A DNA stretch of 64,000 nt from Candidatus Ozemobacteraceae bacterium (GTDB lineage: Bacteria; Muiribacteriota; Ozemobacteria; Ozemobacterales; Ozemobacteraceae): positions 3,456,001-3,520,000 of the forward strand of contig OZ223236.1 of NCBI GenBank assembly GCA_965140445.1, read 5' to 3'. Made by a program: the position numbers and the translations under genes. The notes beneath the pieces were generated by a model that searched no databases, was not told the DNA's origin, and worked only from the letters and a program-made list of their open reading frames with translations. Of this stretch, positions 9,207 through 18,887 are shown in pieces; within the stretch, counting starts at the first letter, position 1; each line of letters begins with the position of its first letter.

Positions 9207-9911
9207 TTAATGGGAATGAAACTCAGTTATACCTAACCCCCAAGCAGAATAACTAGCTATGAGAATTATCAAAACAATCTCGATTAGATACAAATATTTT
9301 TTACTTTCCAATTTAAAAAAAATAAAGTTGGCGATTAATACAACGGCAATCCCCAAAATAAATGAAAGAAAATGGTGATTATGTCTAAGCTCAATATTTG
9401 TTCCTTCTAGCGACAAAACAATTCTGTAATTTTGAATAAAGATAAATCCATAAATCAGATTAAAAGCTATTTGATTTAAGAAGCTTTCTAATCTATCAAG
9501 CTTCAAAAAAGAATCTGGCTTTTTATTTATTAAATCCCCTTCTGGAGTTAAAATAAAACGTTCATTTTCCATCGTTGATGTTTGAAGTTGTTTATTCTTA
9601 CTAAAAAATCCACCATTTTGGTCCATGGGAAGATTATAATAAGAGCAGGAAGAACATTCACCACCAAAAGTTAAACTGAGGAATTTATTACAGTTGGTGC
9701 ATCGAGAGAAAATTAAAGCAAAAATATAACGGAAGCCAAAAGTAAATGCCATTAGATAAAAGGTAATGCCTACAAAAAAACCAAAGCTTTGCAAAACTTC
9801 TTTCTCTGTAGTGGAAAATAGAAAACCAATTAACACTAAGAAAAAATAAAATTCAAAAACCAACAAGAATGAGATTAGCCTAAAAATTCGTTTGGATTTT
9901 ACAAATTTCAA
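9207..9911 (-). CDS. Cassette membrane protein with CxxC...CxxC (234 aa)
   Basis: TM segments; CTNC and CSSC zinc-ribbon-like motifs. Confidence 0.65.
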   Translation of the reverse strand: MKFVKSKRIFRLISFLLVFEFYFFLVLIGFLFSTTEKEVLQSFGFFVGITFYLMAFTFGFRYIFALIFSRCTNCNKFLSLTFGGECSSCSYYNLPMDQNGGFFSKNKQLQTSTMENERFILTPEGDLINKKPDSFLKLDRLESFLNQIAFNLIYGFIFIQNYRIVLSLEGTNIELRHNHHFLSFILGIAVVLIANFIFFKLESKKYLYLIEIVLIILIASYSAWGLGITEFHSH

Positions 9912-9942
9912 AATTTCCTCAATACCTTTATTTCATTTTCGT

Positions 9943-10077
9943 CTCTAACGCTTGTCGTGACTGGACGCCGAGTGACGCCATCGGCAAACGAGGGAATCGA
10001 TGCTGGCAGAAAAGTTGTCGGTTTTTCGCAACTTTTGTCGCCAGCATCGACGTTCCGCGTCGACGCACTTGTTAGAG
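9943..10077 (-). repeat. attC site, family B variant
   Basis: ctctaac...gttagag. Confidence 0.9.
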
Positions 10078-10176
10078 ATGAACAATTTAAATTTTATAGA
10101 TTGCTGCATTTTTTCTAGGCATCTGCTAATTCTTCACAATTTTTATACACTGAACGCCAAAAAAAGGTGACCAAAA

Positions 10177-10992
10177 TCAATATCTCATTTTTAAATACTT
10201 TGTTACTGTGAATTTATTCATATAGGGTTTTAATTTAATTTTATTCATTAATTCCCAATAACAATTTTTAGCAAACAAATTATCTACACCATCAGGATAG
10301 GTATATTTGTAGCGTTTTAACTCATCATTTTCTATGTATTCTATTGATTGATTGAATTCGGGCTTCAAATACTCATAAATTCCCCATCTAATATTATTTA
10401 GAAATTCGCAAATTGCACTACCGTGATAATTAAGAATGTTTTCATGAAACCAAACAAAAAAATCCTCGAAAATTAACAAAGAGTTTTCAAAGGTTAAGTT
10501 GTGTCCATTTCTTTGAAAAATATTAATTAGCTCATTCACAACACCAGATAACCTTGTAAAATTGTGTTTTGAAAGGTTGCCACAGATTTTTATAAACTCA
10601 ATTCGTTTTATTGATAGGTCTGTCTCTAATTCGATTGAAGGCAACCAAACTTTTTTTACTAAAATGTCTTTATTTAACCATTCTTTAAAATTATCAACTG
10701 ACTTTGATAAGAAAGAAATTGAGTTTCCTTGATTGAAGGATGGATTTGTGCAAACATTGCTTAGCGCCCTCAAATATGGAATTTCTTCATTTAAAATCAT
10801 TTTATCTGTGCAGGATAAAAAATCAACCAACATAATATTAAAGAACTTTTGATGAATATCAGTTTTAAATATCAATTCAGACTCATCTGTTTTCCCGTGC
10901 AAGTCTAGTAAATTGAAGTTAACCATTTCATCAATGAAATTCATTGCAGCTAACAGATATATTATTTCTTTTTCAATTTTGTTTAGATTCAT
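10177..10992 (-). CDS. Cassette hypothetical protein (271 aa)
   Basis: ATG 7 nt from the R site. Confidence 0.75.
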   Translation of the reverse strand: MNLNKIEKEIIYLLAAMNFIDEMVNFNLLDLHGKTDESELIFKTDIHQKFFNIMLVDFLSCTDKMILNEEIPYLRALSNVCTNPSFNQGNSISFLSKSVDNFKEWLNKDILVKKVWLPSIELETDLSIKRIEFIKICGNLSKHNFTRLSGVVNELINIFQRNGHNLTFENSLLIFEDFFVWFHENILNYHGSAICEFLNNIRWGIYEYLKPEFNQSIEYIENDELKRYKYTYPDGVDNLFAKNCYWELMNKIKLKPYMNKFTVTKYLKMRY

Positions 10993-10999
10993 TTTTTAT

Positions 11000-11101
11000 C
11001 TCTAACGCCAGTCGTGACCGGAAAAACGAGACGGGCGCGGGTGTTGCGTAAGCAAGACCCGTGATCCGGCCGATTTTTCCGCGTCGACGCACTTGTTAGA
11101 T
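11000..11101 (-). repeat. attC site, family A
   Basis: ctctaac...gttagat. Confidence 0.93.
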
Positions 11102-11298
11102 GTGTTTTTTTTATCACAAACTCTAAATTTAAACATTTTATTGATCTGATTCATACTAATTTGAAATTTCCCCATTAATTTTAAATTCGGATACCATGAA
11201 ACAGCTCTCTAGAATCACAATGCCATAAAGATGGTCCAGATGCCTGCCTTATTTTTGGCAATTTTTATGAGCAAAGCTGAAAAGATTATTAAAAATGG
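11102..11298. repeat. Conserved non-coding cassette trailer, copy 5
   Basis: gccataaagatggtccag...gcaatttttatgagcaaagc at 11222-11277. Confidence 0.8.
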
Positions 11299-11955
11299 TT
11301 ATGGTTCATTTCTTTTTAAATTCTGGAAATTTGAATTTTTGGAGTTTTCAAAGTGAAAATACGCTACCATTGAGATTAAAATTAAAAAAGATGTTTTAGA
11401 TACAAAAAACAGTGATCGTGAAACAAAAATAAAAATTCCTCTTAAAAATTTCTTTTTTTTACGAATGTATTTCTGACCCAAAAAAGACCTAAACATTCTT
11501 ATAAATCTTTGAGCATCACTTGGATACTGGTAAATAGGAATTTGCTTAACATCATTTAAAAGAACTGGCAATGAGTTGAAAAAAAGCTCATTTTTTTCAA
11601 GAGAAACAATTTCATTGTATGATAGTTGACTTGCTAACACCGGAAGAAAAATAAAAACAGCATAAAAAACAAAAAAAGGCTTAATAAAGTTAATACTAAC
11701 TTTTGTGTTAAATAGGGTTTTAATTCCCAGCGAGAAAAAGAGAATAAAGTGCAAAAATAAAATAAATAAAAAAATGGAACAAGTCCAAAATGGTAGGAAG
11801 GGGAAAATCATAGAGAAGACTTTAATTTGTGCAAAATAGTTAAATACTTTTATGACCAATAAAAGAAATAAGCTATAGATCAAGAATTGCAGAGCCTTGA
11901 TACAGTTTAGCGAAAAATGAGTTTTAAGTTCAAAAGCTTGGCTTTTTTTATTCAT
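11299..11955 (-). CDS. Cassette membrane protein (218 aa)
   Basis: Multiple Phe-rich TM segments. Confidence 0.6.
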   Translation of the reverse strand: MNKKSQAFELKTHFSLNCIKALQFLIYSLFLLLVIKVFNYFAQIKVFSMIFPFLPFWTCSIFLFILFLHFILFFSLGIKTLFNTKVSINFIKPFFVFYAVFIFLPVLASQLSYNEIVSLEKNELFFNSLPVLLNDVKQIPIYQYPSDAQRFIRMFRSFLGQKYIRKKKKFLRGIFIFVSRSLFFVSKTSFLILISMVAYFHFENSKNSNFQNLKRNEP

Positions 11956-12002
11956 TTTTTTTAATAACTTTTGGTTGTTCTTTTTTCATTTGTATTATTA
12001 AA

Positions 12003-12104
12003 ATCTAACGTCAGTCGTGACCGGAAAAACGAGACGGGCGCGGGTGTTGCGTAAGCAAGACCCGTGATCCGGCCCATTTTTCCGTGTCGACGCGATTGTT
12101 AGGC
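12003..12104 (-). repeat. attC site, family A
   Basis: atctaac...gttaggc. Confidence 0.93.
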
Positions 12105-12242
12105 GATTGTCACTTTTTTCTTTTTTTTGCACATTTGATAAGGTCTTTATACGGTCTTGTGATTAGAAATCAATGGCAGAAATAGTCTTTGCGGTACGCG
12201 AAACAAAAAACTTGCATTTAAGCTTTATTATAGAAAACCATA

Positions 12243-13039
12243 CTATTGGGAAAACAAAAGTGCTTCTGCTTCAGCAGGAATGGTAATTCTGTTTTTGCGA
12301 TAATCATAATCAGAAGTAGTCATTCCTGTTTTTTCTATTTTCATTACAGTGCCATCTGGAGAAGGCATCAAAAAAATTACTTTTGAATTTTGAATAACTT
12401 TTATACGCCTGAAATCTGATTTTCCTAGCCAATTCTTTGATTTGTATTCTATAACCTTTACAGTTGGCTTTTGTGCTGGGTTATCCTTGAAACTACTCTC
12501 AATACCTTTGGACATTCTTTCCTGCGCAAGAGCCACAGCGGAATTATCCTTTGATTCTACGAGAATAGATTCTAAATCTCCAATTTCTTCCATTTTTGCA
12601 ATAATCCAGACTGGGGCATTTTTATCCGTTTCTGGAGCGGTTTCTTCACAAATAAAAAAATTTCCCATATCTTGGGCCATTTTTTCATAAGGACCAGCTG
12701 GAATCTGCCATGTTCCAGTACCGATCTTCATTGCCGCTTTTTTGCCATGCCTTATCATAGTTAAAAGTTGCCCATTATGATCAACGGTTTGTTTTGCTAG
12801 CATCTTTTCTTGCTCTATTTCAATTGTCATTGAGCTTATCTGGGCGGGCTGCTCGATTTTTTTTTCGCCAACAGTTATTGTGTTGTATGCCTCTGAAACA
12901 TCTATGCGTTTAATGTATTGTGCTGAAAAAATAAATTGATTTGCCTTGTTCAGCATTTCTCGCGGAGTCAGTTCAGCTTTTGCCTGTTGGGAAAAAAGAA
13001 TTAGCGCAGAGATGAAAAAATATACCAGACTTGCTTCAT
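12243..13039 (-). CDS. Cassette exported protein; signal peptide split by a 1-bp frameshift
   Basis: GGAG RBS plus ATG at 13039; adding one T in the T6 run (13015-13020) gives MKQVWYIFFISALILFSQQAKA-ELTPREMLNK joining ORF 12243..12956. Confidence 0.7.
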
Positions 13040-13117
13040 AAGCATCTCCATATAAAATAAATAATGTACATCTTACCTGAAATTTCCTTGGCGAACCAAA
13101 TTTTCATTTAATTTATT

Positions 13118-13219
13118 GCCTAACGCCTGTCGTAACCGGAAATAAGAGACGGGCGCGGGTGTTGCGTAAGCAAGACCCGTGATCCGGCCGGTTTTTCCGC
13201 GTCTACGCATTTGTTAGAA
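13118..13219 (-). repeat. attC site, family A variant
   Basis: gcctaac...gttagaa. Confidence 0.9.
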
Positions 13220-13262
13220 CATGGATTTAAGTTGATTTAAAAACCATTTATCTTACTTCATA

Positions 13263-14147
13263 TCAAAACAATGGATCAAAACCCATCTTCCAAGATGTTA
13301 ATGACAACAAGGCACTCAGATCATTATTCTTCACGCCTTCGATAAGATTTTTAACAAGTTGATAGCCAATATAAAATCTTGCACGATAGAGATGACTTTC
13401 CAAAACACTATTATCACAACAAATCTTTTCTGCAAAACTTTGGCCATAAAATCTGATAAGCCAAACCAAGTTATTGGCTGGATCGCCTAAAGAAGCATGC
13501 CCAAAATCAATAATTCCATTAATTGAACGCGAATCCGGGTCATACAGAATGTGAGGTGGAACAAGTTCCCCGTGGAGCAAACAAAGGTCGTATTTCAACA
13601 TATCTGAATTTTTTAGAAACGACGAGAAGTGGTTCTCAATCCATCTCTTAGCTCTTGTATACAGATGTGGAAAAAGGTATTTGCGAGCTTCGTCGATAGT
13701 GCTTTCTATCTCTTGAACTGTGGGTGGGGACACCTGAAGAAGTTGAAGATGTGAAAATTTTTGAACAGGAATCTTAGTTAGATCAAATAAAAATTCTTCC
13801 AATTTTTTGGCGGCATTTCCCACCAATATCTCATCATTGACAAAACTCTCTGGCTCCATAGCGATTCCAGGAATCATTTTACAGATTACAATGTCTTGAG
13901 CACGGGCAATAGCCTCAGGAATTTCAATACGAACGTATTCTCTAATCAATTCGCAGATAGTAACAGTTTTCTGTGGTGAATATTGCCACGCTTTCTTTGA
14001 GTAAAGAGCAATAAATTTGTTTTCTATGATAAGCGCGTCTGTATCTACCCCGGCATTACAGATTAATTTAGAGTTTTCGGTATTAAGTTCTGGTAAAAGT
14101 TGATTTACAAGGTTCCTCAGTTTTTCTTTATGAATTTGGGCAGACAC
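13263..14147 (-). CDS. APH/choline-kinase-family phosphotransferase
   Basis: LLHGELVPPHILYD...GIIDFGHASLGDPA. Confidence 0.8.
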   Translation of the reverse strand: MSAQIHKEKLRNLVNQLLPELNTENSKLICNAGVDTDALIIENKFIALYSKKAWQYSPQKTVTICELIREYVRIEIPEAIARAQDIVICKMIPGIAMEPESFVNDEILVGNAAKKLEEFLFDLTKIPVQKFSHLQLLQVSPPTVQEIESTIDEARKYLFPHLYTRAKRWIENHFSSFLKNSDMLKYDLCLLHGELVPPHILYDPDSRSINGIIDFGHASLGDPANNLVWLIRFYGQSFAEKICCDNSVLESHLYRARFYIGYQLVKNLIEGVKNNDLSALLSLTSWKMGFDPLF

Positions 14148-14161
14148 TTTTTTACTCCATG

Positions 14162-14263
14162 CTCTAACACCTGTCGTGACCGGAAAAACGAGACGGGCGT
14201 GGGTGTTGCGAAAGCAAGACCCGTGATCCGGCCGGTTTTTCCGCGTCGACGCACTTGTTAGGG
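14162..14263 (-). repeat. attC site, family A
   Basis: ctctaac...gttaggg. Confidence 0.93.
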
Positions 14264-14328
14264 CTTGAAATTATCAATTTTTCTATTTTTACTTTCTCCA
14301 GTGCCTCTCTTAAAAGAAGAGAGGCTAC

Positions 14329-15072
14329 TTAAATATCTTTGAGGGCATTTATGATCCTAGATAACAATAAAGAAATTTCGTTTCCGGAAACTTTGCCTAC
14401 AGTTTGGCCATTGCGTGTTGCCAATGCTTTCCGGACAATTTCATTCTCAGGTTCTTTCTGAAGCATCCACTCTCCACCTCTTGTTTTTGAGAAGAATTGA
14501 CCGGTCTGGGCAAATGCAAAAACCCGGCATGCGTTGAGCACTGAGTTTTGCCCATCGGGATCGTGAAAAGGGTCGAGAATTTGGGTTTGGTGCCATTGCA
14601 GCATTTCAAGAAATGCGTTCACAAGCAGTCGTCTATCAATATGAGGGAAATATGTGCTAGGCTTATCGCCGAACAACGTTATGCCATGCCTTCTACTGAG
14701 TTCAATGAAAATAAGCATTTCTTTATTCTGTCCTTTTTCCCAACCCTCTTGTCGCCAACTTGCGCCGGTTGCAAACCAAAATTCGAAAATTGGTTCATCT
14801 AAGATGGTTGTTAAGGAATTTTTATGAAAGAGTACAATATCAAGTCCTTTTGCAGGGCATGGCAAATGCGAATGATCTATGCTTTTGGCCAGCGCTTCTC
14901 TTTGTTGATTTGAGATAGGTTGTGATAAAACTCCAACCATGTCGATATCACTCTTCCCTGTTTTGTAGTCTTCCAAGCATGCCGAGCCAATTTGGTAAAG
15001 CCCGATGATGTTGTTTCCAAGAACTTCTTTAAGGTTCAGTAACAACTTACGCGAATATTCTTTTTCTTCCAT
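14329..15072 (-). CDS. Nucleotidyltransferase with aminoglycoside-adenylyltransferase-like C-terminal domain (DUF4111-like)
   Basis: GLYQIGSACLEDY..SDID; VLNACR..SKTRGGEW; start set at MEEK (15072) because the longer ORF runs through attC. Confidence 0.8.
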   Translation of the reverse strand: MEEKEYSRKLLLNLKEVLGNNIIGLYQIGSACLEDYKTGKSDIDMVGVLSQPISNQQREALAKSIDHSHLPCPAKGLDIVLFHKNSLTTILDEPIFEFWFATGASWRQEGWEKGQNKEMLIFIELSRRHGITLFGDKPSTYFPHIDRRLLVNAFLEMLQWHQTQILDPFHDPDGQNSVLNACRVFAFAQTGQFFSKTRGGEWMLQKEPENEIVRKALATRNGQTVGKVSGNEISLLLSRIINALKDI

Positions 15073-15120
15073 TTTTACTTCCAAGCATTGAAAAAATAGC
15101 TTAGTAATTCTATACTTTTG

Positions 15121-15222
15121 CCCTAACGTCAGTCGTGACCGGAAAAACGAGACGGGCGCGGGTGTTGCGCAAGCAAGACCCGTGATCCGGCCGATTTTTC
15201 CGCGTCGACGCATTTGTTATGC
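15121..15222 (-). repeat. attC site, family A
   Basis: ccctaac...gttatgc. Confidence 0.93.
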
Positions 15223-15354
15223 TTGCCTCTATATTATGATCTATCCTCACTTTTATCTTGTTATAGCACATATCTTGTGTTTACTGAAAACAAAAGACAT
15301 CTATTGTGACAATTATTCATTCGAAACAAGTAAAGTCAGGTAGCAGCAATGGTT

Positions 15355-15876
15355 CTAGCAATCAGATGTGAGGTTATCCTCTTTAATAATTGAGAAGAGA
15401 TCTCTAGTCCCAGTCCATTTGAATTTATGAGCTAGGCCAGCATCAGTTTTTACAAATACCTCCCTATTTGACTTAATAAAGGGGTAAAGATCGTCCATAA
15501 AAGCTTCTACATACATAATGTGCTCAATATTAGTATCAGGGAACTCCAAGCGCATCGTCTTAGCATCGTTAATTCTGGTAAAGCGAACTTCTTTGCTTGC
15601 CAACATTAGAAGTAAAGAAGTCCAAAGTATTTGATACCAGATATCGATCTCTAATTTAGACATAGCCTTTTTGTCGAGCATAAATCCCAGCTTGAGAATA
15701 TACCAAACAACAAAATTATTTCGCAAATTCTTATCAAGTGTTTTGAATTCTTGTATTGCACTGGCGATAAATGAAGGGCAAATAATGACTCGATTCCAAA
15801 AATAAAGAAATCGATAGTAAAAGCTAAACCTATAAACATTGCTGGTAATGCTATCAGGAAGACTTTTGATTTCCAT
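15355..15876 (-). CDS. Cassette hypothetical protein (173 aa)
   Basis: ORF within cassette. Confidence 0.65.
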   Translation of the reverse strand: MEIKSLPDSITSNVYRFSFYYRFLYFWNRVIICPSFIASAIQEFKTLDKNLRNNFVVWYILKLGFMLDKKAMSKLEIDIWYQILWTSLLLMLASKEVRFTRINDAKTMRLEFPDTNIEHIMYVEAFMDDLYPFIKSNREVFVKTDAGLAHKFKWTGTRDLFSIIKEDNLTSDC

Positions 15877-15947
15877 ATTTATCCGTTAATTAATCTTGCC
15901 AGTAATACTTGCGTGGTATTTGTTAGATTGTTGGTCTGCTTTTGCAA

Positions 15948-16048
15948 GCATAACGCTAGTCGTGACCGGAAATGAGAGACGGGCGTGGGACTTGCTTTGC
16001 AAGGCCCATGAACAGCGGCTATTTTCCGAGTCGACGCAATTGTTAGGC
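15948..16048 (-). repeat. attC site, family C (101 bp)
   Basis: Interior gggcgtgggacttgctttgcaaggcccatgaacagcggc; same L/R arms. Confidence 0.9.
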
Positions 16049-16051
16049 GTC

Positions 16052-16918
16052 TCATTTTGTATTTTTAAGTTTTTTGTATTTTGCATTTGCTTGCAAAAAA
16101 TTCTTATAAGCTTCCTGTGCTGGTCGAATTTTTAGAAGCTTAAAAGTTTCCTTATTATCTTCGCAATATTGAAAATTATCATAAAAATTTCCCCATATTA
16201 TTTCATTTACTATACCCATTAAATCAGCCAATTCGAAAGCATATGGTAACGATTCTAGCGTGGCTTCTTTGCTTGCAATTACCGCATGGGCATCAGAGTC
16301 GTCAAAATAAACAAACTCATGAATGACTTTTGTTGATATATGAGCATACTCATTGATATCACCGTAAAGTTTGCCAACATTCTCCTTTATGAATTTTAGA
16401 GAACGTATTGACGCGCTTGGTTGTATTTTAAAAAGCGATGCATCATTAATCTTGTATACAGTAATAGCCCATGCCAATTGCTCAAGAATTAATTTTAAGA
16501 TCGTAAATGCATCGTATTTTGCTCCTCTGGAGCAAAGTATTAAATAATTTTTCCATGAACTTTGTAACCGGAAAAAAGAAACTCCAGCAGCGACTAGTCC
16601 AATTGCGTCTGGAAGACCATTTAAGACGGATCTTTTGTTGAAAATATTCTCGATAACTTCATGAATTTCCTGGGATGTCTGCCAAAACAAAACATGTATT
16701 GGATCAATATTTTCTTCATCTTTACAAACCACATATTTCTTTTTTGCATAATCAATTGAAGATAAACCAAGATGATGGGCCAGTTTTGCAGCAGCTATAT
16801 TGTTTACTAATTCTTTCGAGGTATGCAGAGGAACAATTATTGAATCACTTCCTAGGCCAATAATTTTATGACCAAAACATAGAAAAGTATCATCAAAATC
16901 TCCCAAATTTTTTTTCAC
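16052..16918 (-). CDS. Cassette hypothetical protein, possible HEPN-like fold (288 aa)
   Basis: LKLILEQ...LYGDINEYAH pattern loosely like HEPN/DUF5677 proteins. Confidence 0.55.
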   Translation of the reverse strand: MKKNLGDFDDTFLCFGHKIIGLGSDSIIVPLHTSKELVNNIAAAKLAHHLGLSSIDYAKKKYVVCKDEENIDPIHVLFWQTSQEIHEVIENIFNKRSVLNGLPDAIGLVAAGVSFFRLQSSWKNYLILCSRGAKYDAFTILKLILEQLAWAITVYKINDASLFKIQPSASIRSLKFIKENVGKLYGDINEYAHISTKVIHEFVYFDDSDAHAVIASKEATLESLPYAFELADLMGIVNEIIWGNFYDNFQYCEDNKETFKLLKIRPAQEAYKNFLQANAKYKKLKNTK

Positions 16919-16952
16919 AACTTGTTAGTCCTTATTTGGTTTTCATTTTTTG

Positions 16953-17024
16953 GCCTAACGCCCGTTATACACAGCAAAGTGTAGCTCAGCAGAAATTTAT
17001 TCCGTGTATTTGCTCTTGTCAGGC
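16953..17024 (-). repeat. Unrelated (foreign) attC site, 72 bp, R'' = GCCTGAC
   Basis: gcctaacgcccgttatacacag...ccgtgtatttgctcttgtcaggc; tacacag/ccgtgta arms. Confidence 0.75.
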
Positions 17025-18317
17025 ATGCTCTTCGCCGACACCAAGCCCCCTTAATATTTCCCAAACAGGTAAAAAGCACCTCAAAGTATCGTACGAATAC
17101 TTCGGTAAATCGTCACCGTAAAATATTTCATCCATTTTTACCCTATAAATGTATTCAACATAATTGGAGTATATTTTTCGCAGTAGTCCTGTCTGATAAA
17201 TATCGAGATTATGAGTTAAAACAGAGTCAATCATGCTAGTTTTCACGCTGTACCAATCTGGAAGCGATATTTCAGATTGTATTTTTGAACCTTCAGTGTC
17301 AAAAAAACATTTATCGAATTCTTCCTTTACGAATTTTATGGCAAGCCCATGAAAATTAGACTCTAAACATTCAAGCCAGAAATCTCTTTCTGATCCATCT
17401 ATTTGATCATAAACCGACTGGATTTCAGATGCTCTACCTTCCTTTGTCTCACCGTATATATGGCCACCGTGGCATGAGCTTCTAAATGAAGCGAATGGAT
17501 TAATAAAAACTGCATAGATAACATTTGGATAAGGAAGAAGTTGGCCAATTTCGCCCCATTTCTGAGTCGCATACACAATAGAATGAAACCCTTCTGCCTC
17601 CAACCGATGAGAAATCGAATTTGAAATGGTATTCAAAGCATCTTTAGAGTAGTCGGGTATCATTTGATCATTCCCATTGTCAGTGTCAATCCAGCCTTTT
17701 AACTCTTGAAAAGCAATCGCCACGGTACACATTGATCTGTCGTCTAGGAGATTGTTTTCAAACCATTGATAATAAGATTCGTCTGGGTAGTACACCGTCA
17801 ACCTAATTTTTCCATTTTCTTCTGAGGGAATAAGAGCCGCCGAAGATTTGTTGTTTCCTAGCAGCTCTTGTACAAATGCATCCCGAACAGTCCTCGTTTC
17901 CATTGGTGCAATTAGAATAGTATTGATAGCTTGTTCGGTTAACCCAGGAAAGATAGAGCAAAAATGGTTTGCATAGGCTAAAAGCTCAGTGAAAGCCTGT
18001 CTTTCAGTTTGTTTCGATTTTTTTAGCTCTATTATTGCCAAACCGATACATTCTGAATTTCCCAATAGGTCTATACGCGTTGTTGTATCACCTGATTTCT
18101 CAAGTCTTAGCTCTCTGGCGGATAGAACTAAAGATTCTAGACCGTCGATTATTTCGTTGATCTTTGTCTCGGCTATTTGCTGCAACAGAATACTTATGGG
18201 AGGAAAATCGTCACTATTCCACTCAACAGGTTCACGTTTTCCGTAGACTAATTCAGAAATTGAATCTCGGTGATTTTCAAATAGAAAGTCTCTAAACTCA
18301 TTTTCACTTAATTTCAT
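17019..18317 (-). CDS. PD-(D/E)xK (NucS/Mrr-like) nuclease domain protein
   Basis: MKLSENEFRDFL...RIDLLG..IIELKK..QAFTELLAY; start set at the ATG inside the cassette. Confidence 0.7.
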   Translation of the reverse strand: MKLSENEFRDFLFENHRDSISELVYGKREPVEWNSDDFPPISILLQQIAETKINEIIDGLESLVLSARELRLEKSGDTTTRIDLLGNSECIGLAIIELKKSKQTERQAFTELLAYANHFCSIFPGLTEQAINTILIAPMETRTVRDAFVQELLGNNKSSAALIPSEENGKIRLTVYYPDESYYQWFENNLLDDRSMCTVAIAFQELKGWIDTDNGNDQMIPDYSKDALNTISNSISHRLEAEGFHSIVYATQKWGEIGQLLPYPNVIYAVFINPFASFRSSCHGGHIYGETKEGRASEIQSVYDQIDGSERDFWLECLESNFHGLAIKFVKEEFDKCFFDTEGSKIQSEISLPDWYSVKTSMIDSVLTHNLDIYQTGLLRKIYSNYVEYIYRVKMDEIFYGDDLPKYSYDTLRCFLPVWEILRGLGVGEEHA

Positions 18318-18347
18318 GTGATTCCATTTCGATAAATTTATCAGTAA

Positions 18348-18449
18348 GCCTAACGTCGGTCGTGACCGGAAATGGCCAGATGGGCGTGGGACTTGCTTTG
18401 CAAGGCCCATGAACAGCGGCTATTTTCCGAGTCGACGCAATTGTTAAAT
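18348..18449 (-). repeat. attC site, family C
   Basis: gcctaac...gttaaat. Confidence 0.9.
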
Positions 18450-18746
18450 TCGTATTTAGTTTAATATTAATTTAAATCCTCACATCAATTTGATTGTATC
18501 ATAAGCTTATAAAGCTATGACAGCCTCTGTTTAAGCTGCAACAAGCAAAGTTTCGCAATACCGAGCCAGGAAGCGTTGGCGCGGGCTTTGCTTCTCCCGA
18601 AAATCAGAAAAGCACGTGACAGAAGCGTTCTGGCACCCCGTTGGCTCATCAAACACAATTCTTATCCCAAATTAAATTACCCCTGCTTAACCGATCACAA
18701 TCAAATTCTCTCTCTCTAAATTCTTTATGTATCTATTTTTATAAGA
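18450..18746. other. ORF-less cassette, copy 2 (diverged)
   Basis: Core 18565-18634 and attgtatca 18493-18501 conserved; flanks diverged. Confidence 0.85.
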
Positions 18747-18882
18747 ATTTAACGCTTGTCGTGACCGGACGCCGAATGACGCCATCGGCAAATGAGGGAA
18801 TCGGGACTGGCGAAAAAGTTGCAGAATTTTTTGCAACTTTTTTGATCAGGACCGACGTTCCGTGTCGACGCACTTGTTAGAG
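18747..18882 (-). repeat. attC site, family B
   Basis: atttaac...gttagag. Confidence 0.93.
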
Positions 18883-18887
18883 AAATT

